Origin: Takakia lepidozioides
Lineage: Eukaryota; Plantae; Bryophyta
NCBI GenBank assembly: GCA_030704615.1
Contig: CM060732.1
Location: 2,790,001 to 2,854,000, forward strand
Direction of reading: 5' to 3'
Length of the DNA stretch: 64,000 nucleotides
Shown here one piece after another: positions 1-13,659 of this stretch. How positions within the stretch are numbered: the stretch's first letter is position 1; every line of letters starts with the position of its first letter. The notes below the pieces were generated by a model. That model ran no database searches, had not been told where the DNA came from, and was given only the letters and a program-made list of their open reading frames with translations. The position numbers were made by a program, and so were the translations under genes.

Positions 1-457
1 AATGTCAATCCTAGTACTAGTCCGAATCCGAGATAGTTTAAACCACACGGTGAAACCCGAAAAGAGTGTCCGCATTGCAACATTCCTCAACAATGATGGA
101 GAACAAGCGTTGAATGCTTCTCTATTGATTACAATACGTTTTTATGAAATGCAGGTGAGAATTTTTTCGCGGAATCTCCGTTCGTGACATTGACTTCGAA
201 TTCTCAAAAACCGTACAGCGTAGCTCAAGCACTTACATCTACGAGAAGTATTTTCACCGCCAAAGTGATCAAACAACCAGCCATTAGTCTCCACCATATT
301 GCAATCACTTCAAAGGCAATGCAGACTTCACGGACAGCATTCGACGACACCATAGAATATACATCGGATGAGTCCTAATTCTTTTCCTTACCTTGTTATG
401 CAATATATGAATGAGGAAGACGCACATGAGTGCAAAATGTAGGAACTAATAAAACAC

Positions 458-661
458 CTTGCGTATGAGATCTGGCAAGGTGATCAAACACAGAGCGCTC
501 CACAGGGGGTCCTTGATGTCTGCTCCGTGGCGTTCCAGCTGCGTTGCCAGCCCTCCATCAATAGCAACACAACCTCCTGCCCGCCTCAGCATCTCATCAA
601 TCTTTTTAAAGGCTTCCGGCTCCTCCGTTGACTCTTCGTCAAGCTGCAGCGTCCGTCCCAT
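458..661 (-). CDS. HMT: Homocysteine S-methyltransferase, exon 1 (rest of gene beyond left window edge)
   Basis: Translation AGGCVAIDGGLATQLERHGADIKDPLWSALCLITLPDLIRK matches the plant HMT N-terminus. Phase-0 GT donor at 457-456 after IRK. Purine-rich leader (CT-rich on + strand) at 662-720. Confidence 0.92.
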
Positions 662-1724
662 TTTCGATCCCCCTTCTCTCCCCCTCTCTCTTCCCTCTCT
701 TCTCTCCCTGTCTCTCCAAATAACCGATCACGGCTCCTCCAATGTCTTAACCTCCGCAATCCCTCAAATGATCCACGACAAACCGGATCTCTCTTGCACC
801 TTTACAGCTCCTCCAGAGATGCAAACAGGCGACCAGCGCAACTGTGGGCGCGCCAAGTTCATGCTAAAGCGAACAACAACGGTCTCTCTTGTGCACCCCT
901 ATTTATCCCATATCCTTTGCCCATTTTCGTGCTCCCCGTCGTGGACCTATCGCTGTAGACGACCACGGGCTAGTCTGCTGTCTGACTTCGGACGGGCTCC
1001 CCCTTTTGCATTAAACTATGCTCTGAACAGCTGTAACTACTTTCTGTCCGAAGACGGTGCTTTCTAAAGTACTCTACTTTCTTCATTGTTTAAGGTCTGA
1101 TAGTTATCATCCATCCCTTCGTTCATTCATTGATGCTTCTTCGCGGGAAAGTGTACCAGAATTTGATCAGTGCCAGATGCATGCATCTGGATAAAGGGTA
1201 CTTATTGAATTCTTTCTTTTCTTTTCTTTTAAATACACAAGAGGGACGGAGGCCTCATGAACTTTATATAAATAGGACTTAAAATGTCCATGAGATACAA
1301 AGAGGAAAAAATAACCTCTATAAAAAGTGCCATGCAGGCTGATTCAGGAAGACACTTGCTTCGGGAAAGGGAAGACGAGAAAGAAAGGTTGTAAGGTAGA
1401 AACACCTAAAATGGAGCATATCCCAAAACGGATCCCTAGAAAAATACACAAAACTGACCATATGTCATCTCTAAAAGGTGCTTTGATCACAAGTGGTCTA
1501 GATTAGGTCATGTGGTGGGCCACAATGGAACTCCAATGAACCCTTTTAACCCATACATGATCATGATGACACCACTTAATGGACAAGTTAATAACCACCG
1601 GCGCGCACTTTGAGAGAAGTATCAAGTCATGAATGAGTTGAGACGGGAAGAATTAATCCAAACATGTAGGAGAGGGGATCACATTCCGTAAGTTAATCAA
1701 TGATCCCGATTGCAGTATCACCTT

Positions 1725-1900
1725 TATATGTGTATGTGTTCTCTCTGCATGCAGCCACACTGGCCTACTGAATGAAGGAAGACGCTACTGGTGGAGGTCC
1801 TTCTTGGACGTGTGGGACAACCGGATGAGGCAGTGGACCTGATTAATAAAATGCCAATCAATCCAGATGTTGTGGTGTGGAAGGCCTTGCTTGGTGAACT
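1725..1900 (+). pseudogene. PLS-class PPR gene fragment (C-terminal repeats)
   Basis: VCVLSACSHTGLLNEGRRY followed, across a deletion/frameshift, by LLGRVGQPDEAVDLINKMPINPDVVVWKALLG. No start and no continuation. Confidence 0.8.
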
Positions 1901-4271
1901 CTGGATACATGTGACTGATCTGCTCCGATGGGCTAGGGACTGCCTTACCTGGTGGCCACGCCATCTGGCCTGGATCATCACGGTAGCAATTGCCATAACC
2001 TCAAATTGTTTGTAATTTCATGTCGTTAAAAGCAGGTGTGGCGTATTCTGCCACTTTTGAGACTAATTCTCATGCCGAATAGGCCACCCAGGGTGTACTG
2101 CCGATTCGGCAGGCAAAATCGACAGGGATGGCCGATTATGCACAGAGGACGGTAGAGCAACCACTCAGGCCCATGTCATCAGCCATCAGCCATCAACCCG
2201 CCGCCTTCCCATTGAGGCTCGCCCCATTTATATCCTCTCTGGGGCTCTGAATATGGGCAATCGATATGGGATAATTGGGGTGTGGCGGCAAGAATACGCC
2301 ACAACCTGCTTTTAACGCCAGTGAAACGGGCCCGTTGGGCCGACTCTGCCCTGGGCGCGGCCATAGGGCTCGCCTGTACGAATATCTAAGGTATACTCAA
2401 GAGTTGACTTTAGGCCAAGGAGGATGCCAGAATGCACTGCATCATATAGAGTCCTAATATTTCCTTCCTATTTATGGTCCCCCAAATTGGTACATTTTCT
2501 CCAAACTGTAGAAGCCATTTTGTCTCTGGCAAGATGTTGGCTGCCTTGGGGCATATAAGAGTTTTAATTTTTTTCCATTCAATAATCATTTAATAAGGTT
2601 AAACCAGGGCCACTGTCCTGTTCTGAAAAAATAAAAATAAAATAAAAAATAAAAAATAAAATCCATCTCCATTCAGTAATAAATTTAATCGAATAATTTT
2701 GTTTATAATTTCTAGGTCAATCCAAAGTAAGGGAGCCTTTTTCTTGTCAAAAGTATTTTTTATTTTCCCCCATTTTAACTTGAAAATTCCTCAAATCAGT
2801 ATTTACAGGTTTTTCATCATACATCATGGTTCTATTTCATTATCGGTTTCACATCATCGATGGATAAATCGATTGGTAATAGGCTAGCCTGTAAGTCGAA
2901 ATGATGATTGAATATTTTGAATTACCAAAATTTACTTATAATTATAAATGTTCAATAATTCTGATTTAACTGCACCTGAAGTATTAATCCAAATTAGAAT
3001 CTAATTCTTTTGTATCTCATTGTGGTAACTTCCCGTAACATAAATCCAAAGCTTTAGGTTTAGCATATGGAAAAATACATTGGATAGCGAGAATAAGAAG
3101 AAGTAAGATTTAGAAAAAAGAAATAAAAATTCAGATGGTTTTTTTTGCTTCTAACGATCATGAAACAAAATTATCGCATCTTTTTTTCCCTTTTTAGGTA
3201 CACTTAACTCACGTCACAATTATCTGATTTCAGTAATATATTTGATGATCCTTGAGTTTTTGACCCAGTTGTTGGAAGTGATTGGTTAATCTGGAAGATG
3301 AAAAATTTTATTTCTTAATGAAGTTTCAATATAGGACTTAATAGCAAACTGGGACCATCACGTTTAGCTGGCGGTCGTCCATGCACAACAAATCACGTCC
3401 TTTTCTTTGAAATTATCAAATATCATTTTTTTAACCCTGTCCAAAGCCTCTGGTCCCGGATAGTCTTGCTTGTTGACCTGGCTATCTCACTCGTGGGCAC
3501 GTTTTCTCTTCCTCCGACCCCCATACGACGACCCCAGCCCAGTATTTTGAGTTCGCAGTCCCGCAACCTTTGCCCACTGCAGAGGATGGGGGAAAAAAAA
3601 AAAAAAATGGACGTGTGTGGATGATATCTTCGTATTTACTCCTAGAACGACAAAATGGTGAAGAAGGGATGCTAGAACGATGGAACGGTGAACAAGGGCT
3701 GAACAGGTGTGAGACCGACCCAATTAAAAACCGACAAAACTTCTTTCTCCCCAAACAAACACCTTTGTACACGTTGGCAGTGTTGCGCAACAAAGTCCGA
3801 AGACTACAAGAAGCCAAGGAACTGCAATCACGGAAGAGCAAAAGTGATCATAAAGGGGATGGAAATGTTTGTCCATGTTTGTGTATGTGATTTTCTTAAC
3901 TCTACTGCGTGCGTGGTCCCAGGCGATGAATGCGGTGCATCCCACGCCCCAGAACCACACTCACAGGAATGAGGTCGAGTGAGGACTGAGGGGGTTGGGG
4001 CCCCTCTTATACCAGCCAACTGGCTGGTACGGTCGCGTACCGGCCGCCACGTGTCACCCGCAGGACCGTTGCAGATTTAGCCCGTGGTAGGCTGCAAAGT
4101 ACTTATGTCCGGCATGGACACGAGGGGTTTCGTATTTTTCAGCAAAATATGGAGAGGAGAATGAGGGAGGCCTTGGCTGGAGATCAGTGGATGGAGGATA
4201 GGAACAAGCCGAAATTCTTATAGTGGCTCGAGAGTAGGGCGAAAGATGCCACGTGGAATTTGAGGTAGGTA

Positions 4272-5389
4272 ATGAAGACATTGAAGTATAGAACAACTGA
4301 AGGTCGGGTGCCTAGCTGGGAAACCGAGTTATTCCCACTTGTCGAGTGGTGGGCGCACTCAACAAGCGCCAATGCACATCACCGAACTAGGTTAGTCCCT
4401 TGGAAGGCAGCAACACCGAGCAGGGGAGGCACAATAAGTCTTATTTACGTCAACACGAGTGCTCAGGTCCACCAGCTTGACCCCTACAAAGAAGGAGGAC
4501 ATGTCAGGGTTCGTAAGTGTAGGATTGTTGGCGATTCACGAATATTGTATAGTTGGGAGCTAGCAGGGAAAACACCCAAGGCCAAAAACCCGGAAGTTGC
4601 GGTGAGGCAACATAACGACAAGTCTTTGGCAGTGAAATTCTAGTATGCGGAAGTCATTACATACTTTGCTGTGAATGCACGTGAGCTACAAGGTTACACT
4701 CACTGGTGGAATTGGGGAACATGTTGAACCTTGACAAAAAATGGTGAAGTGATTGGGACAACAAGGAGATTGTGAGACAACCGGGAATGGAAGAACAGTA
4801 CCAGGAAGTTGATCGCTTGGTTCGTTTCCGGAGAGAGCGTAGTAAGCTTGCATAGGCACTGGTGAGCATTATGGATGTTGTCCATAAAAACCATGTCATG
4901 CACAAGGACTTGTCCCCTGACAACATCTTGTTGCATTTTCCACATGACACCGAGGAGGTTGAGATTGGGGTGTGTGATTGGGGGTTGGCCACCTCAACGG
5001 AGATACACAAAACCTCATCGTACCAGTTTGAAAACAAAGACAAGATGACGCGGGCTCTCAAACGTAGATGGTGGGTGGAACCTGAAATTGTCATGGGTTT
5101 TAACGTGGAAAACAGCTAGGTGGATGGCGCACCACACCTGCACACCCGAGACATGATCTCGGAGGCCTTTGCAATCGGGAAGATAGCGGTAAGAATAAAT
5201 GGCGGCAATTCGTATGATGCCAGTCTTTTCAAGGATCAATACACGGGACTATGTTGGGATTCTAACTTACGAATGTTATATAATAGTACGGTCCCATCTG
5301 AGAGGCTCACATTAGCCCAAGTAGTGTTCCACTTCATGAACAAACCATTCAGTTGGGTAGAGCCGCAAGACGTCTACAAGATGGAATAG
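4272..5389 (+). pseudogene. Disrupted protein kinase with no evident introns
   Basis: Catalytic-loop motif HKDLSPDNILLHF and DFG-equivalent VCDWGLA. In-frame stops at 4641-4643 and 5117-5119 and a frameshift between them. Confidence 0.75.
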
Positions 5390-5569
5390 ATCATAGTTTC
5401 ATACATATTAGTTTTGCGGCCGTAGCAGAGTACAGTTTCGAAGATAAAGGTGAATTTTGATCGTGCTTGTACTAAATAAGATTTTGTCATTGTAAATACT
5501 AAATTGCATATGAGCAAACCATACACGTGTCATTTCAACGAAATTGTTTGTGTACTCTCTTACTGTTTA

Positions 5570-6190
5570 TACTAGGGTAGCCTGTGCTGTTGGCCCAAGT
5601 GTCCAGTGTCATCTATATCCAAGCGTCTCCTATGTCGAGGCCCAAGTGCGAACTCTAGGGTAGCATGTGTCGTTGGCCCATGTGTGAATAATTGAAATCT
5701 AAGACCAAGTGTAATTTCCTATGTATCCCAGTGTGTCTCCTATGTCGAGGCCCATCTAAGCCCAAGTGCAATCTTCTATGTATCCGTCTCTAGGGTAGCA
5801 TGTGCCGTTGGCCCAAGTGTCCAGTGTCATCTAAGCCCAAGTGTAAGATTTATATGTATCCCAATGCGTCTCCTATGTCGAGGCCCAAGTGCGACCTCTA
5901 GTGTAGCCTATGCCGTTTGGCCCATATGTGAAGAATTGAAATCTAAGACCAAGTGTAATTTTCTATGTATCCATTTGCAATCTTCTATTCATGTATCCAA
6001 GTGCATCTCCCATGTAGAGCCCCAATTGTCCACTGTCATCTAAGCCCAAGTCCAATCTCCTATGTATCCAATGCAATTTCCTATGTATCCAAGTGCGTCT
6101 CCTATGTCGAGGCCCAAGTGCAACCTCTAGGTCCTAGGGTAGCATGTGCCGTTGGCCCAAGTGTCCAATGTCATCTAAGTCATTCAAGTC
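5570..6190. repeat. Degenerate tandem repeat array
   Basis: Recurrent GGCCCAAGTGTCCAGTGTCATCTAAG, TCCTATGTATCC and TCTAGGGTAGCATGTG motifs. Confidence 0.8.
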
Positions 6191-6537
6191 TAATCAGTTT
6201 TTTTCCACAGAGCCTACAACCAGATTTAACCGGATATCTTTCCCTTGATATCTCTCCCGTCGAGGCTCCGACCATTGTCCCATGAATGCCCACTGTGCCA
6301 TTTTTGCTATTTTTTGTGAATTGTCAGCGACCAAAATCACTTGGAATTCGACATCTCCCACACCGCAGGTCCAAAAATCGTATGACCAAGCCCGTGCACC
6401 CCTCCTCATCGAGGGCTTTCCTACGGTACCAAGCACCAGGGCTGGGGCCTCGCGGTTGGGGACATCTCAAATCTACAAAACAAACACAACAAACAAAACA
6501 AACGTCTCGATTCATATATTGATGTTCCAATGTTCCA

Positions 6538-7134
6538 TGTTGTAGAAAATAAATAACTGTATGTTAATAAAAATTACAATAGAAGTTCTTCAACAAGCGA
6601 TTCACAGCTCCTTCTGAATGTTTCGACTCATCCACCCACACAGCCTCAAACAGGTCACAGGGTGCTGTTATCACAGGAGGGGAACGGGAACGCGGTACGT
6701 CATCAATATAGGAACAATAGTACAGATCGTGGTGACGTGACCGACAGTTAGAGTAGTAACAGTTAGTTAAACAGTCAGAACAGCTTGCGGGTAGAAAGGA
6801 GGGACTAGCTACGGAAGGCTGATCACTTCTTGGGCGCATGGACTTAGAGTACAAAGAGGGAGTATGCGGAGGAGGAGAGAGAGATGACGGAGGGAGCTTG
6901 ATACTTGCAAGCTGTAGAAATGATACTATAGAGTAGATTTAGAGACACCATGGCTTCGGCCTGACGCTTGTTAGTTATAAATACGATACATACGTCATAC
7001 TCACACTGTGTAGAGAGACCTGAGAGAAGCTGTGGAATGTGTAACTAAATATAGGATGGGACTTAGCATATTGCAGAAGCAATCTGATACATAATACTAG
7101 GCAGTAATGTATCATAACCCACACAAAGCTAACA
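6538..7134. mobile_element. Possible solo/orphan LTR
   Basis: TGTTG...CTAACA termini and LTR-like non-coding composition. No TSD found. Confidence 0.35.
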
Positions 7135-7157
7135 TGGCGCACAGTCAAGCATGCAGG

Positions 7158-9530
7158 TGTGGAGGGGATCCAAACACAAGAAAATCAAGACAGGAACTCC
7201 CCCACACCAAAAACACTCCACAATGTCGCTCCTGCAATGACACCCCAGCCTAAACCCGGATTGACTCTTGCCTCCACCTACGAAAAGGTTTTGGCCTACA
7301 GAGAGGGTGAAAGACTACAAGGAAGAGAGACTAAAGCAATTCTTAATCCCCTCATCCCACTACCCTATCTCCACACTCTCTTGCTTAAATAATAGACAAG
7401 ACTACCTTTCAAGGGTCTCTCAAATAACTCTCCAGGAGCCCTCAAGAATATGTCTCTCAAACAATCTCACTAAGGCTCCCAATCCTTGCACAATGGGACT
7501 CCAAAACAGTACACCAAGGCCCCAAGAGCTTGCCAAAACTTAGCCCTCGAGGACCCCAAATAGTCTTTTACACAAGTTGCCAAAGACTCCTCAAGCTCGC
7601 CAAATATTGGCCTCCAAGGACCCCAAACAGTCTTCCAAGGACTCTTCCTATGTCACCATGTTCCCAATGCGTTCCCAATGCGTTCCCAATGTGTTTCCAA
7701 GTTCCCAATGGGTTCCCAATAAGTTCCCTAAGAATATGCCATAGTATTCCCCTAGTATTCCCCTGGGCCTATACGTATTCCCCTTGTATTCCCCTTGTAT
7801 TCTCCTTAGGAATAGCCATTTCCCCCTTATAGAGTAGTTCATTTCCCCTAGGGTTTAGCCATTTCCCCTAGGCTTTAGCCACTTCCCCCTCTATTTCCTT
7901 GAGGTTTAGCCTTACCAAGCTAGGGTTTGTGCTCCTTGGGGCTCTATGCTTAATCCCCTCAAGCATCCATGAATTCTATGGGGTACCAAGGCAAATTCCC
8001 TTGATCTTCTTCACCTTAAGCTACTCAAGTTTGTCTCCAACTCAATTAGCAATGCATTGGCCACACAACAAGCTCAATTTCTCATTGGAACTCAAAATCA
8101 AGCTTATACCTCCTTTGGCAAGCCACCAAGCCTTTGTCTCTTCTCAAGCCTTGGTCATTCAAGCTCCTTTCACTTGCTAGCTCAAGAGCCTCTCCTCTCA
8201 AGCTTGAAATTGCAAAGCTCAAGCCAAAAGCATGTTTCACACATGCATCACCTCATACACAAGGGAATCAACTTGCTCCCTTTATCTTCTAGCTTTCCTC
8301 AAGCTTGAAATTGGAAGCCACACTTGGGAAGCATGCTCCACATAAGCATCACTTGCTTGATCAACCATCCACCACAAAACTTAAGCCAAAAGGGAATGAA
8401 TACATGAGCTTCACCTTCCCCTTCCTTGTCTTGTCACATGCTAATGTATGGTTGAAGTTGTTATGCATGCCTTGAGCCACAATCTCTTTTCTTCATGAAG
8501 ACCACCTCCAATGATCTCCCACATGTGCTCCAAGCTCTTCAATGCTCTAGGCTTGGTTTCACATCATCATGGATAGAATTTTCACCCATATGCTTCCCTT
8601 CAAACCTCTTGAGCTTCCTAATGCTCTCCAAGTGCTTGCCCTTGTTGTCTTCAAGCCCAAGCCTATGTAGCTCCTTGGCTTCTCTTCCACAACATCCACA
8701 ATTGAGCTTGCTTAACCCTAGATTGATAGTGAAATGAGCACTAACAATCCTTTAGTTGCTCTCATCAAGCCATGGCACACACCATTGACTCCATAATGCA
8801 TAGAAATGATTCTCAATCCTTAGAATCCATGCTTCCACACACACAAGACTTCCCTTGCAATCCTTGCAAATCTTGTGGCTAACAAACTCCTTCTTGAGCT
8901 CCCCAACACCTTGGTGTAACACCACAAGTACCTTTCCTTGTAACCCTTGCAAGCCTTGTAATACAAGAGCTAAATTCTCCTTGTTCTCAATTCCTTGGTG
9001 CATGCAACTTCACCAAGCACCTTTCTTTGCAAGCTTTGTGATCTACAAGAGCTCCATCTTTGAGCTCTCCACCTCCTTAGGGCAAAGGAATATCTCTCAA
9101 AGCCCTAACACCACAAGGATTTTCCTTTGCAATATATGCAACACCTTGCAACACAAGAGCTATCTTCCCAAGCTCTTCAACACACAAGTACTAAACTAAC
9201 CCTTACACTCCGCACTCACAAGCATAAGGTCATCTTCTTGTAGTGATAATGAAAGTGAACACAATGAAAACACTCCACTCATGAATCCACTCAATCACAT
9301 AAACTAAGTCAAGCCAAGGGCACCCTTGCTAAGGGAATCCACCCTACAAAGCCCTCAACACACTCCCTCTCAATACCTAGAGCTATGGAGGTGAGAGAGG
9401 CTCATGGAGGCTCAACTATAAGAAGATGAGCCCTCTTCTACACTCACAAGGGAAAAACCATCCCCATGTTGACATCTCACCTGACATGTGAGACCAAATG
9501 AAGTCCCAACACACAAAATACAAATATAAA
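7158..9530. mobile_element. Non-coding, strongly CpG-depleted TE-derived sequence (LTR-like)
   Basis: Starts TGT. Strong strand skew, almost no CG, internal short repeats (TTCCCAATG, TATTCCCC, TTTCCCCTAGG). No protein motif recognised. Confidence 0.35.
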
Positions 9531-9646
9531 TATCCAAAATATCCTAGTTAACTAGAAGTAGGTAATTCTAGTTAACCATGACTAAAACCATGACACAACC
9601 CACCCAGGCACAGATAGAGAATCAATTCCAGTTTCACACAACAGAC

Positions 9647-9820
9647 CTGCGTTGTTGAACACTTGTGTGATTCTAATTCCCGGACCAGATCTTGAGCCCT
9701 TCTCTCTACTTCCACAACCCTGTCCTCTGCTAAAGCTGCACGATCTTCAGCTTCCATGAAGACTTCTCGATCATTGTGGTAAAGTTCACACTCATTCTCT
9801 AGACATGCACATTCTTGGTT
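9647..9820 (-). pseudogene. Isolated coiled-coil exon fragment fused to the PDF module
   Basis: ECACLENECELYHNDREVFMEAEDRAALAEDRVVEVERRAQDLVRELE ends at a CAG|GT donor (9646-9645). Confidence 0.5.
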
Positions 9821-10165
9821 CTCCTCGTCTCTATTAACTGTTTCTGGATACTTTCATGTTGTCACATTGGCAGTATTATGTCAAAGTCATTCCAAACTAT
9901 CAAAGATTCATTCAACCAGCTAACTTGTAGAATTCAACGTGGAAATTTAGGGCCGATTTTGATAAGAGGGAAAAAATAGGGTGAAATGTGTTGAAGAAAG
10001 TGTCTTCATTAGCAGTGCCTGATTTTATCAATTGTGCCACCGCCGCTGCGGCTTCCAGTTGACCATCTACCCATGCAGGTTTCTTATAACGATTGATCCA
10101 AGGGAATCATAGGTAATCTTGTGCTTGAAATTTGTCCTCTTGGATGAATCTGGACCCACACTCTA
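9820..10165 (-). repeat. PDF-motif module copy
   Basis: High similarity to 18695-19030. Acceptor GGTCCAG|ATTCATCCAAGAG (IHPR), then degenerate FKHKITYDSLW. Confidence 0.75.
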
Positions 10166-10371
10166 GATATCCCTACTCCTTTGGGGTGATGACCAGTCAG
10201 ACCATCATTGTTTCTCTTATGGTGAGGCTGGGTTGATGACCAGCAGACCATAGAAATGAACCTAGTAGTCTACGCCATAAGCCGCAACAGGTTCTCTACC
10301 CGGTTACCTTGTGGAAAGAGGGATTAGAGACAGGTTTACAACAGGTGTGGTTGTGAGTTTTCATCACGGAG

Positions 10372-11506
10372 GTGCCACTAGTTGCTAAGGAGAGTTCCAG
10401 TACAAGCACCAGCGATACTAGTGGGTATACAAGACGAGGTGTGCGGTTTAGGCCACCTTCACCTTCAGTGTCTTCTGAGGAAGGTTCAGACTCAGAGTTA
10501 GAAGGATTCTCGCAGAGGGTGCAAGCCATTTCCATGCCATTGTTGTGGGATACGATGGAGGAAATGTATGGAGCTACCAAGGGGCCACGTCGATACTCTG
10601 GAGCTGTGGGCACCATCGAGCTTGATGATTTCATACATGAGTTTGATAGTTGGTGTGATTTGCAGCAGATGCGCAATCCATAACTGTTTACGCCTTTTAT
10701 GGCGTGGAAGGGGCTATTTCAGCACCTTGAGGGGCCGCACATGGATGACTACCATGAGTTTAGGCGGGGACATGAGGTGGAAATTGAGGAATGGCGGGTG
10801 TATTGGTCACCTGACTATGTCTCCATCACTAGAGGCACAAGGGCAGTGGTGACACTGGCAGCTACACCGGCAGCTTCTGCAAGCAGCAGTGGGATGTCAA
10901 GTGGAACAGGAACTGGGAAGTCCACCCAAGCTCCTGCTGCAGCACCAACACCCGTGCCTGCCTTTAACCCAGTTGTGGAGTTCTTCGAAGAGTTAAGGAG
11001 AAACTACCAGGGGATAAGGACGGAGAAATTGCGGAGCTTGCAAGAGTTCCAACGAAATCCTACCGAGAGTTTAAGGGAGGCTTACACGCGCATGAGGCAA
11101 TTGATAAATGTAACCCAAGGGGTTACGGAAGCTCAAGCAGTCCAATTCTGGTATGGGATATTGGACAAGGAGCTGAGGAGAAAGGTGCGGGATGCAACTC
11201 TCCTACAAGTGGCCCAACCCACCTTAGCAAACGTGTTTTTGCTGGTAGAGCGGATAGAGCTCAATATAGTGGAGGAACGAGTGGTCATGGTGGGGTTTGG
11301 TAAGGAGACACAACGAAGTGGGGGTCCTAGCCAACAACAACCACGACCCCAACGTGCTCAAAGCAACAAATGGGCTCAGGCGAAGCCCAGAGAAGGACAG
11401 AGAGGATCTCAATTGCAGAGGTCACTTCCTTCATTCTCAGGCCAACAACAGTCGAGAGTGACATATTGGGATTGTGGAGGACCCCATGTTAAGAGAGATT
11501 GCCCAG
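10372..11506 (+). mobile_element. LTR retrotransposon gag remnant (probably Ty3/Gypsy)
   Basis: Gag-like LQEFQRNPTESLREAYTRM and degenerate zinc knuckle YWDCGGPHVKRDC. In-frame TAA at 10681. Truncated by a CACTA end at 11507. Confidence 0.8.
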
Positions 11507-13016
11507 CACTAGAAGAAAAACGCGAAATAACCACTCTGTTAACCACTCATTTTGAGTGGTAAAAGATACTAAACCACTCTGGCCCCAAAGTGATGAAGAA
11601 CCAGTGGATTAGGACAAGTGAGTGGTAAAAGACATTACGTGGCACCAGTGTTTAAGGACAGTGGTTTTAACCACTCATGTCCGGGTCCACCTGTTAGCTG
11701 ACGTATCACAGTGGTAAATTAACCACTGTGACATGTCAATGACGTGTCACTGAGGTAAACCAACCACTTATGACGTGTCACAGTGGTAAACTGACGTGTC
11801 ATAGTGGTAAAGTAATCACTTCCGTTTTGCAGTGGACACGTGTAAGCCGGTGGTCCGTGGATGATATTGGAGATTATGTCGACACGTGGCGACACTCTCA
11901 GCATGGACACGTGTCACGTGTCGTGTGTCAGTGCTACGAAATGGATGGAGTGAAAAATTCAATGACTTCCGAAACCACTTGTTGAGTGATCACAAAATGA
12001 CTCATAGAGTCATTCTATGAAAACTGAGAATATACAATATCACTCACAGCGTGGTTATGTGAGTGGATGACGTCTCTCAGCAGGTCATTGGAATGATTAT
12101 CCACAGAGTGGTATATAAGCTGTTTGAGTCATCCATGGTGTCTCTCTGAGTGGGAACTATGGATTGGAGTGATTACTAACAGAGTGGTGTGTAAGTGATT
12201 AGGAATACCACTGGACAAATTCATACCACTAATACAGTAATATATAGGTGATTACTTATACCACTATATGAGTGGTAATGTAAGCAATTGTGTGCATTTG
12301 GCTACTCCCACAGTTTTAAATTATACCACTATTACATTGATGTGCAAGTGATTATGAACATGACTAGATGAACACATACCACTAGTGTAGTGAAAGAAGT
12401 ACCATTGGGGATTCAAGCTCCACAAAATAGAATAGAATCCCAGAGAGTAAGTGCTGGAACACTGTCAACAAAATCCAGCCATGATAAAAGTCTGAGCCTA
12501 ACTTCTACACGGCGTCTCCGCATGCATGCTAGGAACACAGAACTGCTTTCCTGCCTTCTTCTCACTGCCAGCAATGTCTATGCCCGGGCGAACAAAATTC
12601 TAAGCCCTCTTCATGTTCTTCTCTGGCCAAAGACAATTCAGACCAACGACATCCTCCAACATTGTTTGCGGTGGGACCTCTTCCTCGTTAGGGTGAGGCA
12701 AGACACAATTGGCAATATAGATATCATTCACCTCGTCCACAATCCACAATCCACCTTGTCCATGGATTCCTTAACCTTGGCCATGTCACTGGGTTCCTGC
12801 TTGTCTGCTAGCAAAATGCTAGGATCAAGATATCTGATGCAGAGTCCCCACAAGGAGCTCTGCCAGTAATCCTTCCCCTCACACCCCTGGTCTACTTCCC
12901 CCTTAGAGTTTAGTTGTACCTTGTGCGGCTTCAGCCCAGCAGATTTGCGGGCTTTCGCATCAGTTTCATGTTCCTTTGTGGCTAGTCTTTTTTGCTTCTT
13001 TTTGTTTGCAGCCTGC
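11507..13016 (-). mobile_element. CACTA (En/Spm) transposon end fragment
   Basis: Terminus CACTAGAAGAAAAA at 11507 and many subterminal ACCACT/AGTGGT repeats to about 12390. Minus-strand TE-protein-like remnants at 12600-13016. Opposite end absent. Confidence 0.7.
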
Positions 13017-13179
13017 AACGCAACATCCCCTTGGTGTGTGGAATCTTGATCATCACCAGCAGAGGGGGTGAATGGAGGAGTAGCACCATTAAAAGGGGGG
13101 CCTGCCCACTGCCCACCAACGGTGTTGCATGGAGGGCCCCAAGTTTGGGCACCTCCTTGTACCCAAGCATGAATGCAAG

Positions 13180-13460
13180 AGGGAATAGAAATAGGAAAGC
13201 ATCCCCATGATACACTAGGTGTAGGTCATAACTGATTGTTCTGAGCGGGCTGAGTACTTAGAGATTTCTAACTCTTCTACCTTAGAGTTCCCACCCCGGA
13301 TAGATAAGGGACGGGTGAGTAAAAGCCGCTCAACATTTGGCGACCATACTAGGGAACTGATTCAAGAACAACCAGATATGACATGCATCTGGTGGGATCA
13401 TCGAGGATGGAGAATAAAAGAATTTGATGTGAATCAAATTTCCTGTGAAACTGAGGAAGA
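13180..13460 (+). mobile_element. Fragment of Gypsy LTR 3' end, PBS and leader (same family as 31048-44153)
   Basis: Similar to the reverse complement of 43010-43265. LTR end AACA followed by TGGCGACCATACT. Confidence 0.85.
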
Positions 13461-13659
13461 AAGATTTAATTTAATTGAATTTAAATTCATTTAAAGCCAA
13501 TAAATAGGTTTGCACTGCCTTTCATTGGGGGTTTCTGGCACGTGAATGTATTCCGTTGGGACCTGTTGGACTATGTTTCACGTGCTCACGGTTTTTTTTT
13601 TCATTCTGTTTTTGAATGGGGCGTGTAATGTAGCCATATGTGCGTGCCAAATTTGGGAG

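Noticed and set aside
459-1067. 202-aa plus-strand ORF
   Set aside because: Antisense shadow of HMT exon 1 and its leader.
9547-9576. Hairpin GTTAACTAGAA-N8-TTCTAGTTAAC as a Helitron terminator
   Set aside because: The stem is AT-rich, unlike typical Helitron hairpins, and the nearby CTAG overlaps the stem; insufficient support.
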